From: the human T2T-CHM13v2.0 reference genome, Homo sapiens
DNA: 64,000 nt
Assembly: GCF_009914755.1 (NCBI RefSeq)
Contig: NC_060934.1
Reading direction: 5' to 3' (one strand)
Position numbers and translations under genes: made by a program. The notes below the pieces were generated by a model. It was not told where the DNA came from. It searched no databases and was given only the letters and a program-made list of their open reading frames with translations. Positions 12,332-27,982 of the stretch are shown here, one piece after another (position 1 is the stretch's first letter; each line of letters opens with the position of its first letter).

Positions 12332-15300
12332 CTGTAAATTAAATAAAAATGTGTGATTACTCAGAGAACAATAACATTAATATAAACAAATAAAAGAGAC
12401 ACAATTTAAACACAATTTGACCATAAAAGAAAATGTTTAAGTTCAATATGAGCTAAAATTGTGCAAGAAGTACACTAATGAAAACAAAAAGGTGTGCTTT
12501 AAAGTATTAGAACTAAACTGAATACAAGTTGAACTAGTTCTTATCCAATTTGGTTTTCCATTCTTTCCTATTCTTCCAGACTATCTCTGCCACAATCCCT
12601 TTTTCTCCTCTTTCACTCTCAGCTGTCATGCTTTTTTAATATATTTATCCATTGTCTTTCATTATTATAACCAACTTACTTATCTGGCTATGCTTTTTGA
12701 GCTCATAAAATGCACTAAGAGCTTTATATGTGTTATTTTCTTATTTTGCAAATGAAGGAAAGGAGACTCAGAGAACGATAAGTAACTTCCCATAATTGCA
12801 TAGCTAGTGGAGAGCCAGACCAAAATTTCAACTCAGATCTGCCAGCCTCAAAGCCCACACTCTTTTCTATCCTACACTACCTTGGAATCCTAATAGAAGG
12901 AGATCGCTATCTATGTGTCACTAGTAAAATAGTACAAATATTTTCCTGCCCATTAGTAGTGCAAAGTCTAAAATTACAGAGAAGACCATACGGAGATTTT
13001 AGAACCAAAGTGGCCAATTAGAAACATTTATTTTTGTGACTTTTTTTCTTTATAAAATCAGCTCTTTTCCGGCCAACCATCTAATTAAGATCATTTCACT
13101 CTGAACTTCTGTAAAATGGAGTAGAATTGAATCACCTCTAAGATGTCTTTAAATTATACACTTTAGGTTATAATAAATAGAAAGTAAAAGTGAGAGAAAA
13201 ACTGAATGAAACATGTGAAGACACTGATTGAGAGAAATGAAGAGGTATGGGGTAGGAAATCCACAGTGATTGCACAAGAAGGAAAGATCTCTTTGAACCA
13301 ATATTAGTAAAAATTCTTCATTAGATCCTTTTGTGTGTGTATATGTGTTTTTAAACAAGCCAAAGGGTACTGTCATCTCCTTTTCAGATCAAATATAAAT
13401 ATGTGAGAATTACAGAGCTCCATAATACCATTTTAAACATCAGACTCAGGAACTCAATTTATCTGCGTTTCAGTTTAGGCCTAGGCCTATGAATAATATG
13501 AATTTATGCTCATATTAAAATACGTGAAATGTGAAAAATAAGCAGGTGTTTTTAAGATAGTTTAAGCATTATGTTATGAACTATACATATGTCGTAAATA
13601 TGGGGAGTGATAAATTCCATCTCAATTTTTGCTTTTACTTTCTTAATAACTACAAGACTCATAAACCTTAACACATTGTAATAAAGACCTATATATTTTT
13701 CCCTTAGTTTACCAGAACTCTAATTTCAAATAAGAATTACAGAGAAAATGAAGAAAACATTCCTATGTTGAATTACATGGTCTAGAAGAATGGTTTTCAA
13801 ACTGTTCCAAAGAACTCTCAGGTCCTACTGAAGAGCTTCTGGGATTCCACAAGCATTTGATTTGAGTATCCTTTTGAAAATAGTTTCTTTTTAAAACACT
13901 TTCAACTGTAATAAGATATATATAGCTCAAAGGAGTTCTATACCAAATATCAGTATACTGGAGATATCACAGCCAGGTTAACTCATTTTCATGCAAATCT
14001 CAGAATAAAGTTTCTCCTGCTTATCTCTGTGTATATACTGAACTGAATGAATTTTGTCATTGATTAGGAAGGCTTGTAATGCTATATTGGTCTTTTATTC
14101 TATCTCCTTCACCTCATCCCAATTAAGGCCTGCACATATTTGTTCACTAAAAATTGTATAAGCAAAAGTACTACTACAGCACAATGTGTGTGACAGGCAA
14201 TTGAGTGGCAGCTGAAGTGAGGGCACATCTTGCCTTCTGTGCACATAACAGTCAATAAAGGAATCTACAGTCTCAAAAAGACATTATCAATTGCTTAGCA
14301 TTTGTCAATATTTTCCCTTTTGTTGTCCAACTTTTTAATATATGATAAAAAATGTGAGCAGTTTGTTAGAAATAGTGATTAAGCTGTGAAACCAGTTCCC
14401 TACTCCTTTATGTTCAAGTTCTGGATGAAGTTACTTGAAAAATACTCTAAGATTGCAAGGCAAGCTGTTAAAAAAAAATTCACATGGAATGAACTCATTT
14501 GTGAAGAATTTTTCTCAATACTGATAACTAAATAAATTGGGTGCTGAAGATAAGTAATAGCTTACTTTATTCAAACCCCTTGATATTAGATTTGTATTCA
14601 TCACAACTTTATTGCTCTTATTAAATTCAGTGTTAAAAATACTTAATTTGCAAAATATACTAATAAAATCATCCTTGTATCTGTTTTCTATCTGGGCTTC
14701 CACATTATTTTGGAATGAAATTTAGCAGCTAAGAGGGTCTAATATATTGGTGAAAACCCTGGAACTCAAATTAATATGGGGCTCTCCTCTATTCCTCTAG
14801 TCACTGTTCAGAGGAGAATGAAAGCAGGCAGTGGGGAGAAGAAAGATTTACTCCATGTTGAGGGCCTCCCTTATCTACAACAATAACAAGTTAGAATCAA
14901 GTACTGCCTATTGGTGCTTAATACCCCAAAGATCTACATACTGATCACATCTTCTCAATCTCAGACATAAACCAAGAATTTGGCTATTACTTATTCTATC
15001 TTTGCTTCCAGACTGGCCTACAGGCCAATATCTCTCATAAACTTAGATGTAAAAACAAATTTTAGCAAATGTAATCCAACCATATATAAAACAAATAATA
15101 TATCATGACAAAGTGAAGTTCATCAAATGAATGCAAGACTGATTAAAGATTAGAAAATTAATACTTTCACCATATTTTCAGAATTAAAAAAGAAAAATCA
15201 CAGATCTCAAAAGATACAGAAAATGCTGTTCTAAGATCGAACACCCATTCAAAATTAAAAGAAAAAAAACTTGCAGCGAACTACAAATAGAAGGGAACTT

Positions 15301-15724
15301 TAACAAGCTGATGAAGGGCATCTACAAAAAAAAATAGCTATTATTTTAATTAATGGCATAAAACTAAATGCCTTCCTGCCAAGATTGGGAACAAAGAAAG
15401 GATGTCTGCTCTTGACACTTCTATTCAACATTATACTGCAGGTTTTAGCCAGTGCAATCAGACAACAAAAAGAAATAACAGACATACAGATCAAAAAAGA
15501 GAAGTGAAACTGTTTAAATAATTTGATAATCTATTTTTTTAAATAACACTATGTACCCACAAAAATTAAAAATAAAAAAACTTTTGATCTATGTAAAAAA
15601 CTAAAGTTTTTACTTTATTGTAAGAATAAAGTAACCCTAGCTCACTTATTGTAGAACTAATAAGTGAATTTGGCAGGGTTGTAGGATACAAAGCCAATAT
15701 CCTAAAAAACTGTTTTCCTACATA

Positions 15725-16315
15725 TAGTCAACACTCAAAAATAGGGTGTAAACTGTTCAAGTCCACTTACAAGTGGATTTTCTTCTGCCTCTGCCACCCC
15801 TGAGACAGCATCCCTGAGACACCCCTCCTTCTTCTTCCTCAGCCTACTCGATGTGATGATGAAAATGAAAATCTTTATTATGATCCACGTCTACTTAAAG
15901 AATAGCAAATACATTTTTCTCTTCCTTATGATTTTCTCTTTTGAAGAGACAGGGTCTCACTATATTATCCAGGCTGAAATGCAGTGGCTATTCACAGGCA
16001 CGATCATAGAGCACTACAGCCTCAACTCCTGGGCTTAAGTGATCCTTCTGCCTCAGCCTCCTGAATAACTGGGACTACAGGCACAAACCGCACACCCAGC
16101 TAACCTTACGATTTTCTTAATAACATTTTCTTTTCCCTAGCTTACTTTATTGTAAGAATGCAGTATATAATACATATACAAAATATGTGATCATCAGTGA
16201 GGCTTCCAGTCAACAGCAGGCTTATTCGTAGTTAAGGTTTTGGGGAGATTTTCAGTTGTACGGGCAGGGGGTAGGGGTCAGCACCCCAAACCTCATATTG
16301 TTCAAAAGTCAACTG
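15725..16315 (+). mobile_element. Tigger2a-like (MER28) Tc1/mariner DNA transposon
   Basis: Internal GGATTTTCTTCTGCCTCTGCCACCCCTGAGACAGCA and terminal TTGTTCAAAAGTCAACTG|TA match the recalled consensus. Confidence 0.8.
15938..16101 (-). mobile_element. FAM (fossil Alu monomer) inserted in the Tigger2a
   Basis: Monomer retaining the 7SL-derived GTGGCTATTCACAGGC segment; TSD CCTTA(T/C)GATTTTCT at 15924-15937 and 16104-16117. Confidence 0.85.
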
Positions 16316-16317
16316 TA

Positions 16318-16654
16318 CTCTCATGTGCCACATAACAATTTTTTTTTGGTCAATGATGGACCACGTATCTGACGTTGGTCCCATAAGATTATAAGACTGT
16401 ATTTTTACTATACCTTTTCTATGTTTACATACACAAACACCACTGTGTTACAATTGCCTACAGTATTCAGTACAATAATATGCTGTACAGGTCTGTAGCC
16501 TTGTAAGATTAGGCTATAACATATAGCCTAGGTTTGTAGGAGGCTATACCATCTAGGTTTGTGTAAGTACACTCTGAGATGTTCACACAATGAAAAAATT
16601 GTGTAACAACTCATTTCACAGAACATATCCCTGGCATTAAATGATGCATGACTG
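16318..16654 (+). mobile_element. Tigger3a-like (MER7A/Golem) DNA transposon
   Basis: Ends TCATGTGCCACATAAC and ATGATGCATGACTG|TA; internal GGTCCCATAAGATTATAA and GGCTATACCATCTAGGTTTGTGTAAGTACACTCT. Confidence 0.82.
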
Positions 16655-16673
16655 TAACAGCAATAAACGATCA

Positions 16674-16910
<237 letters not shown>

Positions 16911-18242
16911 AACAGAAATTTAAAAAATATCATTCACCAACAGAATAATATGAAATACTGGAGAATAAATTCAACAGAAGATAACAAAACCTGAACACTA
17001 AAATCTATGAAACGTTGCTGAGAAAAATTAAAGGTATCTAAATAAGTTGAGAGATATACTCTGCTCATTAATCAAAAGACTCAATAATGTTAAGATGTCA
17101 ATTTTTCCCAAATTGTGCTATAGATTCAATGTAATCACAATCAAAACCCCAGAAGACTTTTTATAGAAACTGACAAGCTGCTTCTAAACTTTATATGGAA
17201 ATGCAAAGAATATTAGAAAAGCCAAAACAACTTTGAAAAAGAATTGATTTCAGGACTTATAAAGCTATAGTAATCAAGACAATGTGGTATTAGCATTAAA
17301 AACAAGACAAATTGAAATAGAACAAATCAAAATGAAACAAGAGAAAATCCAGCAATAAAAATCCACACATACATGGTAAACTGGTTATCAACAAAGGTGC
17401 TAAGGCAACTCAACAGAGAAAGGATAATCTTTTCAACAAATGGTGCTGGAACAACTGAACAGTCATATATAAAACAAAACAAAACCCCTCTGGCCCTTAA
17501 CTCATACTATATATAAAATTGGCCAAAAATGGATCCTAGACCTAAATTTAAGAGCTAAAACTATAAAATTTCTAGAAGACAACATATAAGGAAAGCTTAG
17601 TGATGTCTGGTTTGGCAAAAGACTTCTTAAATGGAACAGAAAAAGCACAAAGCATAAAAGAAAAAATATACCAGTAAATTAGACTTTAAAATTAGTAATT
17701 TTGCCCTTCAAAAAATACTCTTTAGATTATGAAAAGACAACCCACAAAATAGGAGTATATACTTACAAAATACATATAAGACAAAAGACTTGTATTTACA
17801 ATATATAAGAACTCTTATCACTCAATAAGAAGACAATCTATTAAAATAGGCAAAAGATCTGAACATTCATTAAAGAAAATATACAGATGGCAAAAAAGCA
17901 AATAAAAAGATCTTCAACATGATTAGTCATTAGGAAGTGCTAATTAAAACCGAAAGACACCACTATATACTCACTAGAATAGCTAAAATTAAAAAGACTT
18001 ACTATATCAAGTGCTGGCAGTGATGTGGAACAATTGGAATTTTCACAGAATGCTGATAGAAATGTAAAATGTCAAAACTATTTTGGAAAAGTTTAGCAGT
18101 TTCTTGAAAACTTAAACTACCATATGACCCAGCCATTCCACTCCTAGTTATTTATCCAAGAGAAATGAAAACATAAGTCCATAGAAAGACTTGCACATAA
18201 ATACAGTAACTTGATTTACAATAGCAAAAAACTAGTAAATTA

Positions 18243-18510
<268 letters not shown>

Positions 18511-19246
18511 TTTTTTAATGCAACATCAATGAATCTCAAAATAATTTTCATGAGTGAAACAAAAAAGAATATATACTGTATGAGCTACCATTTAAAGGAA
18601 ATTCGGTAATGAAAATTACACTATGATAAGAGAGAGCAGGCTGGTGGTTACCTAAGAATAGGGGAGAGACAAAAGAAGAAAAGAAAGGATGAATTATAAA
18701 GGTATACAACAAAACTTCTGGATGTGACAAACATCTTTATCTTGAGTGCGGTAATGGTTTCACAAGTGTGTGTGTGTCTATGGGTGTATGTATATCAAAA
18801 TTCATCAAATTGTACACTTTAAATTTATGCAACTTATCATATGTTAATTTTACCTCAGTACATCTGTAAAAACACACAAACAAAAAAGGGCAAAAACCAT
18901 AACCACTGCTCTCAGAATTAGGCTAGGATTCCTTTTGACAGAAAGGAAAAGAAAAATGTCCAAAAAAAAAGAACAAAAACCTATCATCACCACCACCAGC
19001 ACAGCAACAAAGAAAACTAACTACGGGAGAGTCTTGGTTTTCTGTTCTGTAAAATAGGAATAACCACACCACTAGCTCTGCCTATCTCTTTGCGTTCTTC
19101 TGAAAACCAGACAAGATAATGCGTGTGAAAATGCTTTGTAAACTACAAAGTGCTACACAAATGTATTATTATTGATCCTTATTATAATTCATCTTCTTAG
19201 ATTTGGCACATCATTTCAGTCAGGTGAGATCTTTTTAGATGCTGCC

Positions 19247-19288
19247 TTCATTATTTCATATTACTAGTTCATTATTTTATATTACTAG
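19247..19288. repeat. Tandem duplication, 2 x 21 bp
   Basis: TTCATTATTT(C/T)ATATTACTAG twice. Confidence 0.85.
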
Positions 19289-19828
19289 TTTCTTCCCTAG
19301 TCTCACATCCCTTTTCAATTGAATCAGCAGACCACCATGTCTCTAAGTTATTAATCATCTTTTGAATAGGTCAGAATCAAGAATATCTGTCACCTTCTAC
19401 TAAAGGATAGCATGTACATACTATGGCTAATACTTCGATACTCTTATAAGGTAGAACCCACTTTCTTCCTTTCCCTCCTGGAAAAGTAAATTTGCCCATC
19501 CAGTTTTACAGCACCTCTGCTCTCACACAGTTATTCAAACATTACTTAATGTGATCTCTCGGTATCTCTAAAAGATCATTTTTATGAGCAACAAGACTTT
19601 CAAGCTAAGGCAGCTGGGTACTCCTGTACAATCAACTGCCTTGCGTATCTTAGGCTTCACTTCCCTCTTACCAGGGAATCTTTCCTCTTACTTTTTTTTG
19701 TTTATGGGTTATATTTTATTTGATGAAAAATAAAGAGGAAGAATGGGATAGAGCCATTCTTTTTTTTTTTTTACTTTGTTACATCACTGATCCCACACAA
19801 TGAGTCTTTGATCTTGATATCTTTATAA

Positions 19829-20204
<376 letters not shown>

Positions 20205-20515
20205 AGTTTTACAAATCTTTCTAGAAAAGAAAGGTGATTAGTTCCCATGCTAACCTGCCTCTGTGAGTTTTAAAACTCTGTAATTTGGTTCTTTGTCCTT
20301 TGGAATCCTACAATAAGATGAAAACTTAGGATCTGAGATTTACAGCCCACGAAAGAAAGACTTTGTGTCTAAAACCCTTTTCCAGAACATCTTGGCGAAT
20401 CCTTTCTCATTCCCAAGGAACTCTTACAGGACCAAAACCTTTGGGTAGAGCATCTAAATCATTCTTGGATAAATTCCCAAAATAAAAAGTTTTTAGCTTT
20501 CCAGAATCAATCTAA

Positions 20516-20820
20516 TTTTTTTTTTCTTTTTTTGAGACAGAGTCTCACTCTGCCACCCAGGCTGGAGTGCAATGGCGTGATCTCAGCTCACTGCAACCTC
20601 CGCCTCCTGGGTTCAAGTGATCAAGCGATTCTCCTGCCTCAGCCTCCCGAGTAGCTGGGATTACAGGCCTGCACTACCATGCCCAGCTAATTTTTGCTTT
20701 TTCAGTAGAGATAGGGTTTCACCATGTTGGCCATGCTGATCTCAAACTCCTGACCTCAAGTGATCCGCCCACCTCAGCCTCCCATGCTGGAATTACAGGC
20801 GTGAGCCATCATGCCCAGCC
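20516..20820 (-). mobile_element. AluS
   Basis: Reverse-complement Alu dimer. Confidence 0.93.
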
Positions 20821-21124
20821 AGATGTGGAAACTTTCATAGAACAGAGAACTAGAGTGAAGATCACCCAGAAAAAGGCCTCAATAGCCAAGAGATCAAAGG
20901 AATGGGGGACAGAAAGAGATAAGACCTGGGGAAGAGCACTTAGGAGGATCTGAAGACTCTGATTCTCAAATTAAGGTATTCAGTTAGTAGTGGTACCTGG
21001 CTTCTCAGACACATGGCACCTATGGTCTGGGAGCCTTTCGGCTCACAGATCCATCCCCAGATCCCAGGAACTGGAATCAGGTAAACACTACAGATTGGGT
21101 TTAAAGCAGGACAGACTAATTAGC

Positions 21125-21202
21125 TTGAAAGAAAGCCCTGAGCATTAAAATTTTTTAAATCCCCAAGTGATTCTAATGTGTGCCCAGGGTTGAGAATCAC
21201 TG
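21125..21202 (+). mobile_element. MER5-type hAT fragment
   Basis: CCCCAAGTGATTCTAATGTGTGCCCAGGGTTGAGAATCACTG terminus. Confidence 0.65.
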
Positions 21203-22418
21203 AGTTTATGAGACTATGTAACCATTTCCTTCAGAATGTCAAGAAGTCAAACAACTAAAACCACAAACTTAAGTAGTTCAAGTACTTAATGAAGAGCTGG
21301 GTGAAACATTCACTTCAAGTTCTTCAAGTTCATGTTCTAAACAAGTTTTCATACTCTTAAACGGAGAAAAGGAGACGGTAAAGTACACACCTAATTAAAA
21401 CATGAGGCCAGGGGAATACCCTTCCCCCAGTATTCCTTCATTAGACTAATGCAAATTAAGAACATAATATTGTAGGAGCCTGCCAAGTACCAACAGTTAG
21501 TCTTTTACTCACTAAAGAACAATTTTATAAACCTTCTCTGGCTCAGCACAGACTTTAAATATTATATTCTAATAATTTGTAATTATTAAATTATCTAAAG
21601 GCAAATTACACTGAATATTAACATTTAAAACTCCATTTACAAATTGGTAAAAATTTACAATTTTAGCGAGACAAAGCAACTTTGAAATACCATTTTTACC
21701 AATATCAAATTCAAAACTTTCTGAGAAAAATTTTAACAGAATCAAAATTTTAATTTTTAAAGCACTATGAAAATAATCAATTCAGCAGATGTTCTTTGAG
21801 AAGTAACCTGACTCACTCTATGTACTTTCTGATGGCCTGGAACTATTACAAAGCAAATTATTTCCCTGTCTGGTGTAATTAGTTACCTTTCCCTTTTCTA
21901 AGCATTATCACTTACTTTGGCTTGAAAAAAAAAAATTTCCATTCTGAAACAAGTTTCAAAATATTCCTAACTAAAAGGTATTAAATATTTAATAAAAATG
22001 TATAATATTCAATGTGTCTTTGAAAAAAATTGGACTATAAAACAAAGTCACCTGGAATTTTTGGGAAACTATTTGTTAACTCCCATATAATAGAAAGAAA
22101 ACCCAAACAAGATTAAAACAGATATTGTGGGCTCTAATGGCAGTTCTACCATTAACTGCCTGTACGATTGTGACTAAGTTATTGAGGCTCTGTTAAAAGC
22201 AGTAACCACCCTGCAACTTGCATTGGCATATATACGTATGAACATGTATGCACAAGCGTACATTAAGCCTTCACTCTAGTCTAGGCCTAAAATTCTGTTT
22301 CTAGTAAAAAGGTAATACCAAGAAGAATTGGGAGACCGTGGGTTAACTCATTTTATGTGTTCTAGTTTTAATATATTTAAATAATTCAAAGCATTTCCAA
22401 GACTGTGATTACAGGTAA

Positions 22419-22786
<368 letters not shown>

Positions 22787-23224
22787 AGTGCTTAGTGACT
22801 TTCTAAGAAAAGTATGTTAATACAAAAAAATGTGTCATGGAAAAGCTTTACTTTCTACCACTGCACTCACCTATCATCTTAAAACACCCATGTTTTGTGA
22901 TTGTCATGATTCTTTCTCTAAAATATATTCACCAGTTCTTCCCATCTCTGATAAAAAGCTATAGTGCTCTCTTTTAAAGTCAGCCTTTCACTTTACTGGC
23001 TTACAGAATCAAGAAAAAATAAAAAGCCAACTATAGGTTTAAACTTAACCAAAATTTTATGGAGGCTAACAACAGTAGTATTCTCCTCATCTAACTTTCC
23101 AGGACTGAGTATGAACTGACTGAAACCATCAAAACATCTAATAAGAAGTATTTTGGAGGGTGAGTAGGTCTCAGTTAGAATGTGTATACTTTTTCAGTTT
23201 AAAAGTAAGATTCAAGCAACTCAC

Positions 23225-23355
23225 CATTGTTCCAAAAGGAATGGCTCTTGAAGCATGGTAATAAATGGCTATGAAATTGATGAAGAAGGCAGTGCCACAC
23301 ACCATAGCTGGGATAAGGAATGCCCCAATAAACATCTGCTTTATCCATCTCCTTC
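23225..23355 (-). CDS. TM9SF3: TM9SF3 exon 9 (131 nt; RRWIKQMF...AIPFGTM)
   Basis: TTTCAG|GAA acceptor, ATG|GTGAGT donor; in frame. Confidence 0.97.
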
Positions 23356-24747
23356 CTGAAAAGAAAAGGAAACTATGAAAGTTTAATATAATTATTTAGT
23401 ACGAAATTATTTGTTTGAAATTTTAATATAAAGATCATGAAATTTAACATCTTAATAATTTCTTCAAAATAATAGCTAACAAATACCAAAGATTTCCAAG
23501 TACGTATAGTGAAATCACAGCTTCTGAAGTGGGTGCACTGGAAAAGAGCAATGACCTGTAATAAAATATTCTGACATTTTGTCTTGACTCTGCCACTGAA
23601 CTGCTGTGAACTTTCATAAGCCACTCTCTCTCTCTAGGCTACAAGTTGGCCTAGAAAGGGGTTTTTATTACTGGTTTAAATTAACTGATCAAAAAAAAGA
23701 GAAAGGGGTTTTAAAACTATTCCTTGGAGTTCTGGAGCTTCTTGGCATGCCCATGAAGTCACTGGTGAAGAAAAATCCCAGGTGCCCTTACCCCTGCTTC
23801 AACCAGAACAATTACATTTTCAACAGTTACACATTGGAGTTTCATGTAAGTTTTCATTTGAAAAGCAGGTTATACTACTTTAAAAAGAAGAAAAAAGTCT
23901 AAAAACCAGTGAGTTTTTAAAAAAAGAACCTCGCAAGAAACCCACTTGTGATTTTTCAGCACCCTAAGACAGGGCAAAAAAAAAATTAAACGTGAAATAA
24001 TAAAAAACAAAAAACCCTGAGTTAGACAGCCTCTAAGTTTGTCCTTAGCTCTAAAATTATAATTATAAATATGTATTTAAGAGCATTTCTACGTTTGAAA
24101 AGAAAAAAAACCAATGTGTTTCATAAGCTCTCTCTCAGCAATCAGAACTACAGATTTATAAGTTTTACTATTTCTCTGTACCTCTGTGTATTGCCAAAAT
24201 TCTATACATTGAGCTTCTATTATTCAAATAATCAAGGGAACAAATTTTTTAACTATGTAATAAAAAAATCTTCAATTTTGCTCATACAGACCAGAAGAGC
24301 AACAGAGAGCTGTCTTTCTAATACAGCAGAGGGTAAAGCTGGCAGAAAATATCTTCAAACAGCTTAGAAACACTGAATCACTATCAAAATTCAATTCCAC
24401 AATCATAAGCAACAGGGACCCAAACAGAAAGTACCATAGAAAAATAAGCAATACTCTAATTTTTGCTTTCTGCTATATAAAGTTCTTTTAAAACATCTGT
24501 TACAGAATTATTACCTAAAATCATAACGTTCCTCCAGAAAAACTCCTTAATCCTGAGTTTTCTCTCCTGTTTCATTTCTTTTCCAGCTAAGTTTCAAGAA
24601 CCTCTCCTTTCTAACTGATAGCCAGCATTGGAACAATACAAAAAGGTGGTGATTAATTAAAGTATTACTTCTATTTAATTCCAACACCTTTCTAGCATTT
24701 TCTTTTCCTGCATTTTCCACTATCTTCTCAGATTCAGACATGTATCA

Positions 24748-25068
<321 letters not shown>

Positions 25069-26720
25069 CTCCTTATCCAACTCTCTATTTCTCCCTTTCC
25101 TTCTAACAGTCAAAAAGAATCCTGTACACATTCCACTGGGTACAACCAGTAACCCAAGTATCTGCATTGCTGTGTTTTCTACTGCTCTTCAAACCCTTGA
25201 AGTCTCTGGCTAAGGTCCTGGATACCACTGGCTTCAAACTAGATCTATAGCATTATAGTGCACTGAGGACAGTGTGAAGACCTTGAGCTTCACTGTAGTT
25301 CAAATCCTGAGATAAGTCTGAAAAATTATTGATCCCCTGGGTTGACTTCTACATTAACCTGGTTTTTGAGGCTTGATCGGACAAAATATCAGGACACTAT
25401 CAGATCTCCTCAGGACACTACCAATCAGAACATAATCTTTACATTACATTTTGTAAGACTTGATATTCCTAGACCTGAGCCTGAACTCTGTCAGCTTTCA
25501 AGAATAAGTGTAGTAAAGGAAAGTTGGGCTGGGTGTTCTTAACTTGCAGTCAGACTAAAAACAAATTTATGTCCAACTTTAAATAAATTTCCTGTTTTAA
25601 ATAAATCTGTTTCTGCTGTGGAGACTATTTTGAGAGTCATAAACTAAAATTTTAGCCTAATTAATTTCCAGGTCAAATTCAAAGTAGAAGTTGCCTCATG
25701 TGTCCTTATTTCCTTAGGATGTAGTCCTATATGATAGGACTAATTTCCCACACCTGCGAGTCGAATTTAGAGACTGAACATCTACCTAAAATAGTCAGGA
25801 ACCCATAGTGACACTCCCTCAGTCAATCCAAATAATTATCTATACTGAAGGTACAGGTCACATTAAGTCTAGGAAGATTAATAAAAAAGCAATGGTAAAC
25901 CAAGATATAATCCTACGCTCCGATTTCCTATAACCTATAAGTGTGCCCAGTCTACTAAAAGAAGGCAGGATCCCCTAATGCTGACACTGCTTAAGATGGG
26001 CTGTGGAAAATCACAACTCCATCCTTGGAAATATAATTTTAAGGTATTTCAACAACACTTCATTCATAAACTAAAATGCAAATCTACCAATTTTTGTACT
26101 TTTCTGACCTCAGACTACTGCAGGGAATACAAGGCATTTCTGAATGCCACTGCAGAAAAAAACACCAAGGAGCAGTATCCTTGTATTATCGTGTTATTAG
26201 TTCCATCAATTTCAGGTAATAGTAGTAAAGGAGCAACAGGATATTTAAGACAAAGTGCTCTTAGCAAGAGACTGTGACAGTGACAAAGAATAGCAGAAAT
26301 CTTTGCGAAGGGTCCTTTGATAAAACTAACAGTCAACAGAAATACATAACTTTCCTTCCTATTCTCTTTCCATTGTCCAGAAACTTTACCCACAGACCAT
26401 TACACATGCCTTTATATTCATCTATAAAGCTTTTTTTCTGTGTGGATGCATCACATGGAGCACATCTAGAGCCAGGCACCTCAAAGCAAATAGTATCAAT
26501 AACTTAAATGCACTCTCCTACATGTTCCTCAGGGCAAATTACATGGTGCACAAAGGAGATTATCTACTAATTATTCATAATTTTAGGAAATAAAACGCGA
26601 GAATTCCACAAAAGCAAGACAGAACACACAATAGGTTTGGTAGAAATTATGTGAAATGAGATAACAAAGAATTTTACAATGGCTGTTCTGCACATTTTAA
26701 ATTCCAAATATCTCACAGTA

Positions 26721-26980
<260 letters not shown>

Positions 26981-27041
26981 ATCTCATAGTAAAATATTAG
27001 CATCTATAATTAACAACATGAAGTGAGAATTCGTAAGTTAC

Positions 27042-27136
27042 CTCCTTGTCTAGCATACAGACTTCCTCCAAAATAACCATTCACTGGAGACGTAGCAGCA
27101 TAGACAAATATGGCTGTACTGAGCATTGATCCCCTC
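27042..27136 (-). CDS. TM9SF3: TM9SF3 exon 8 (95 nt; [10 protein letters not shown]...LYARQG)
   Basis: TTTTAG|GAG acceptor, GAG|GTAACT donor; in frame. Confidence 0.96.
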
Positions 27137-27487
27137 CTAAAAAGGCAAAAAAGAAAAAAAAAATTAAAACCAACAATTTAAAGAAAACATCATAGTCTAT
27201 TATATTAGCATTAGTTTAATTTCAAAGATAACTTTAACAGAAATACAAAAATATCACAACCTGGACTACAAATAAAACTCAAAAGATTCTCTATAGTGAA
27301 TGAATTTGTAGTTAAAACTGCATTTACATGATACCTGGCTGATCCTAATTTTTTTATCCTGCAGTTAAATGTTATGATATATTCTAAGCAAGTATTTCAT
27401 ATTTATTTGGCAAAAATACTAGAAGCTGACACTAAAACTGTTTTGTGACCCTGTAAACCAATCCCATAATATGGAACAAGATGTTCA

Positions 27488-27982
<495 letters not shown>

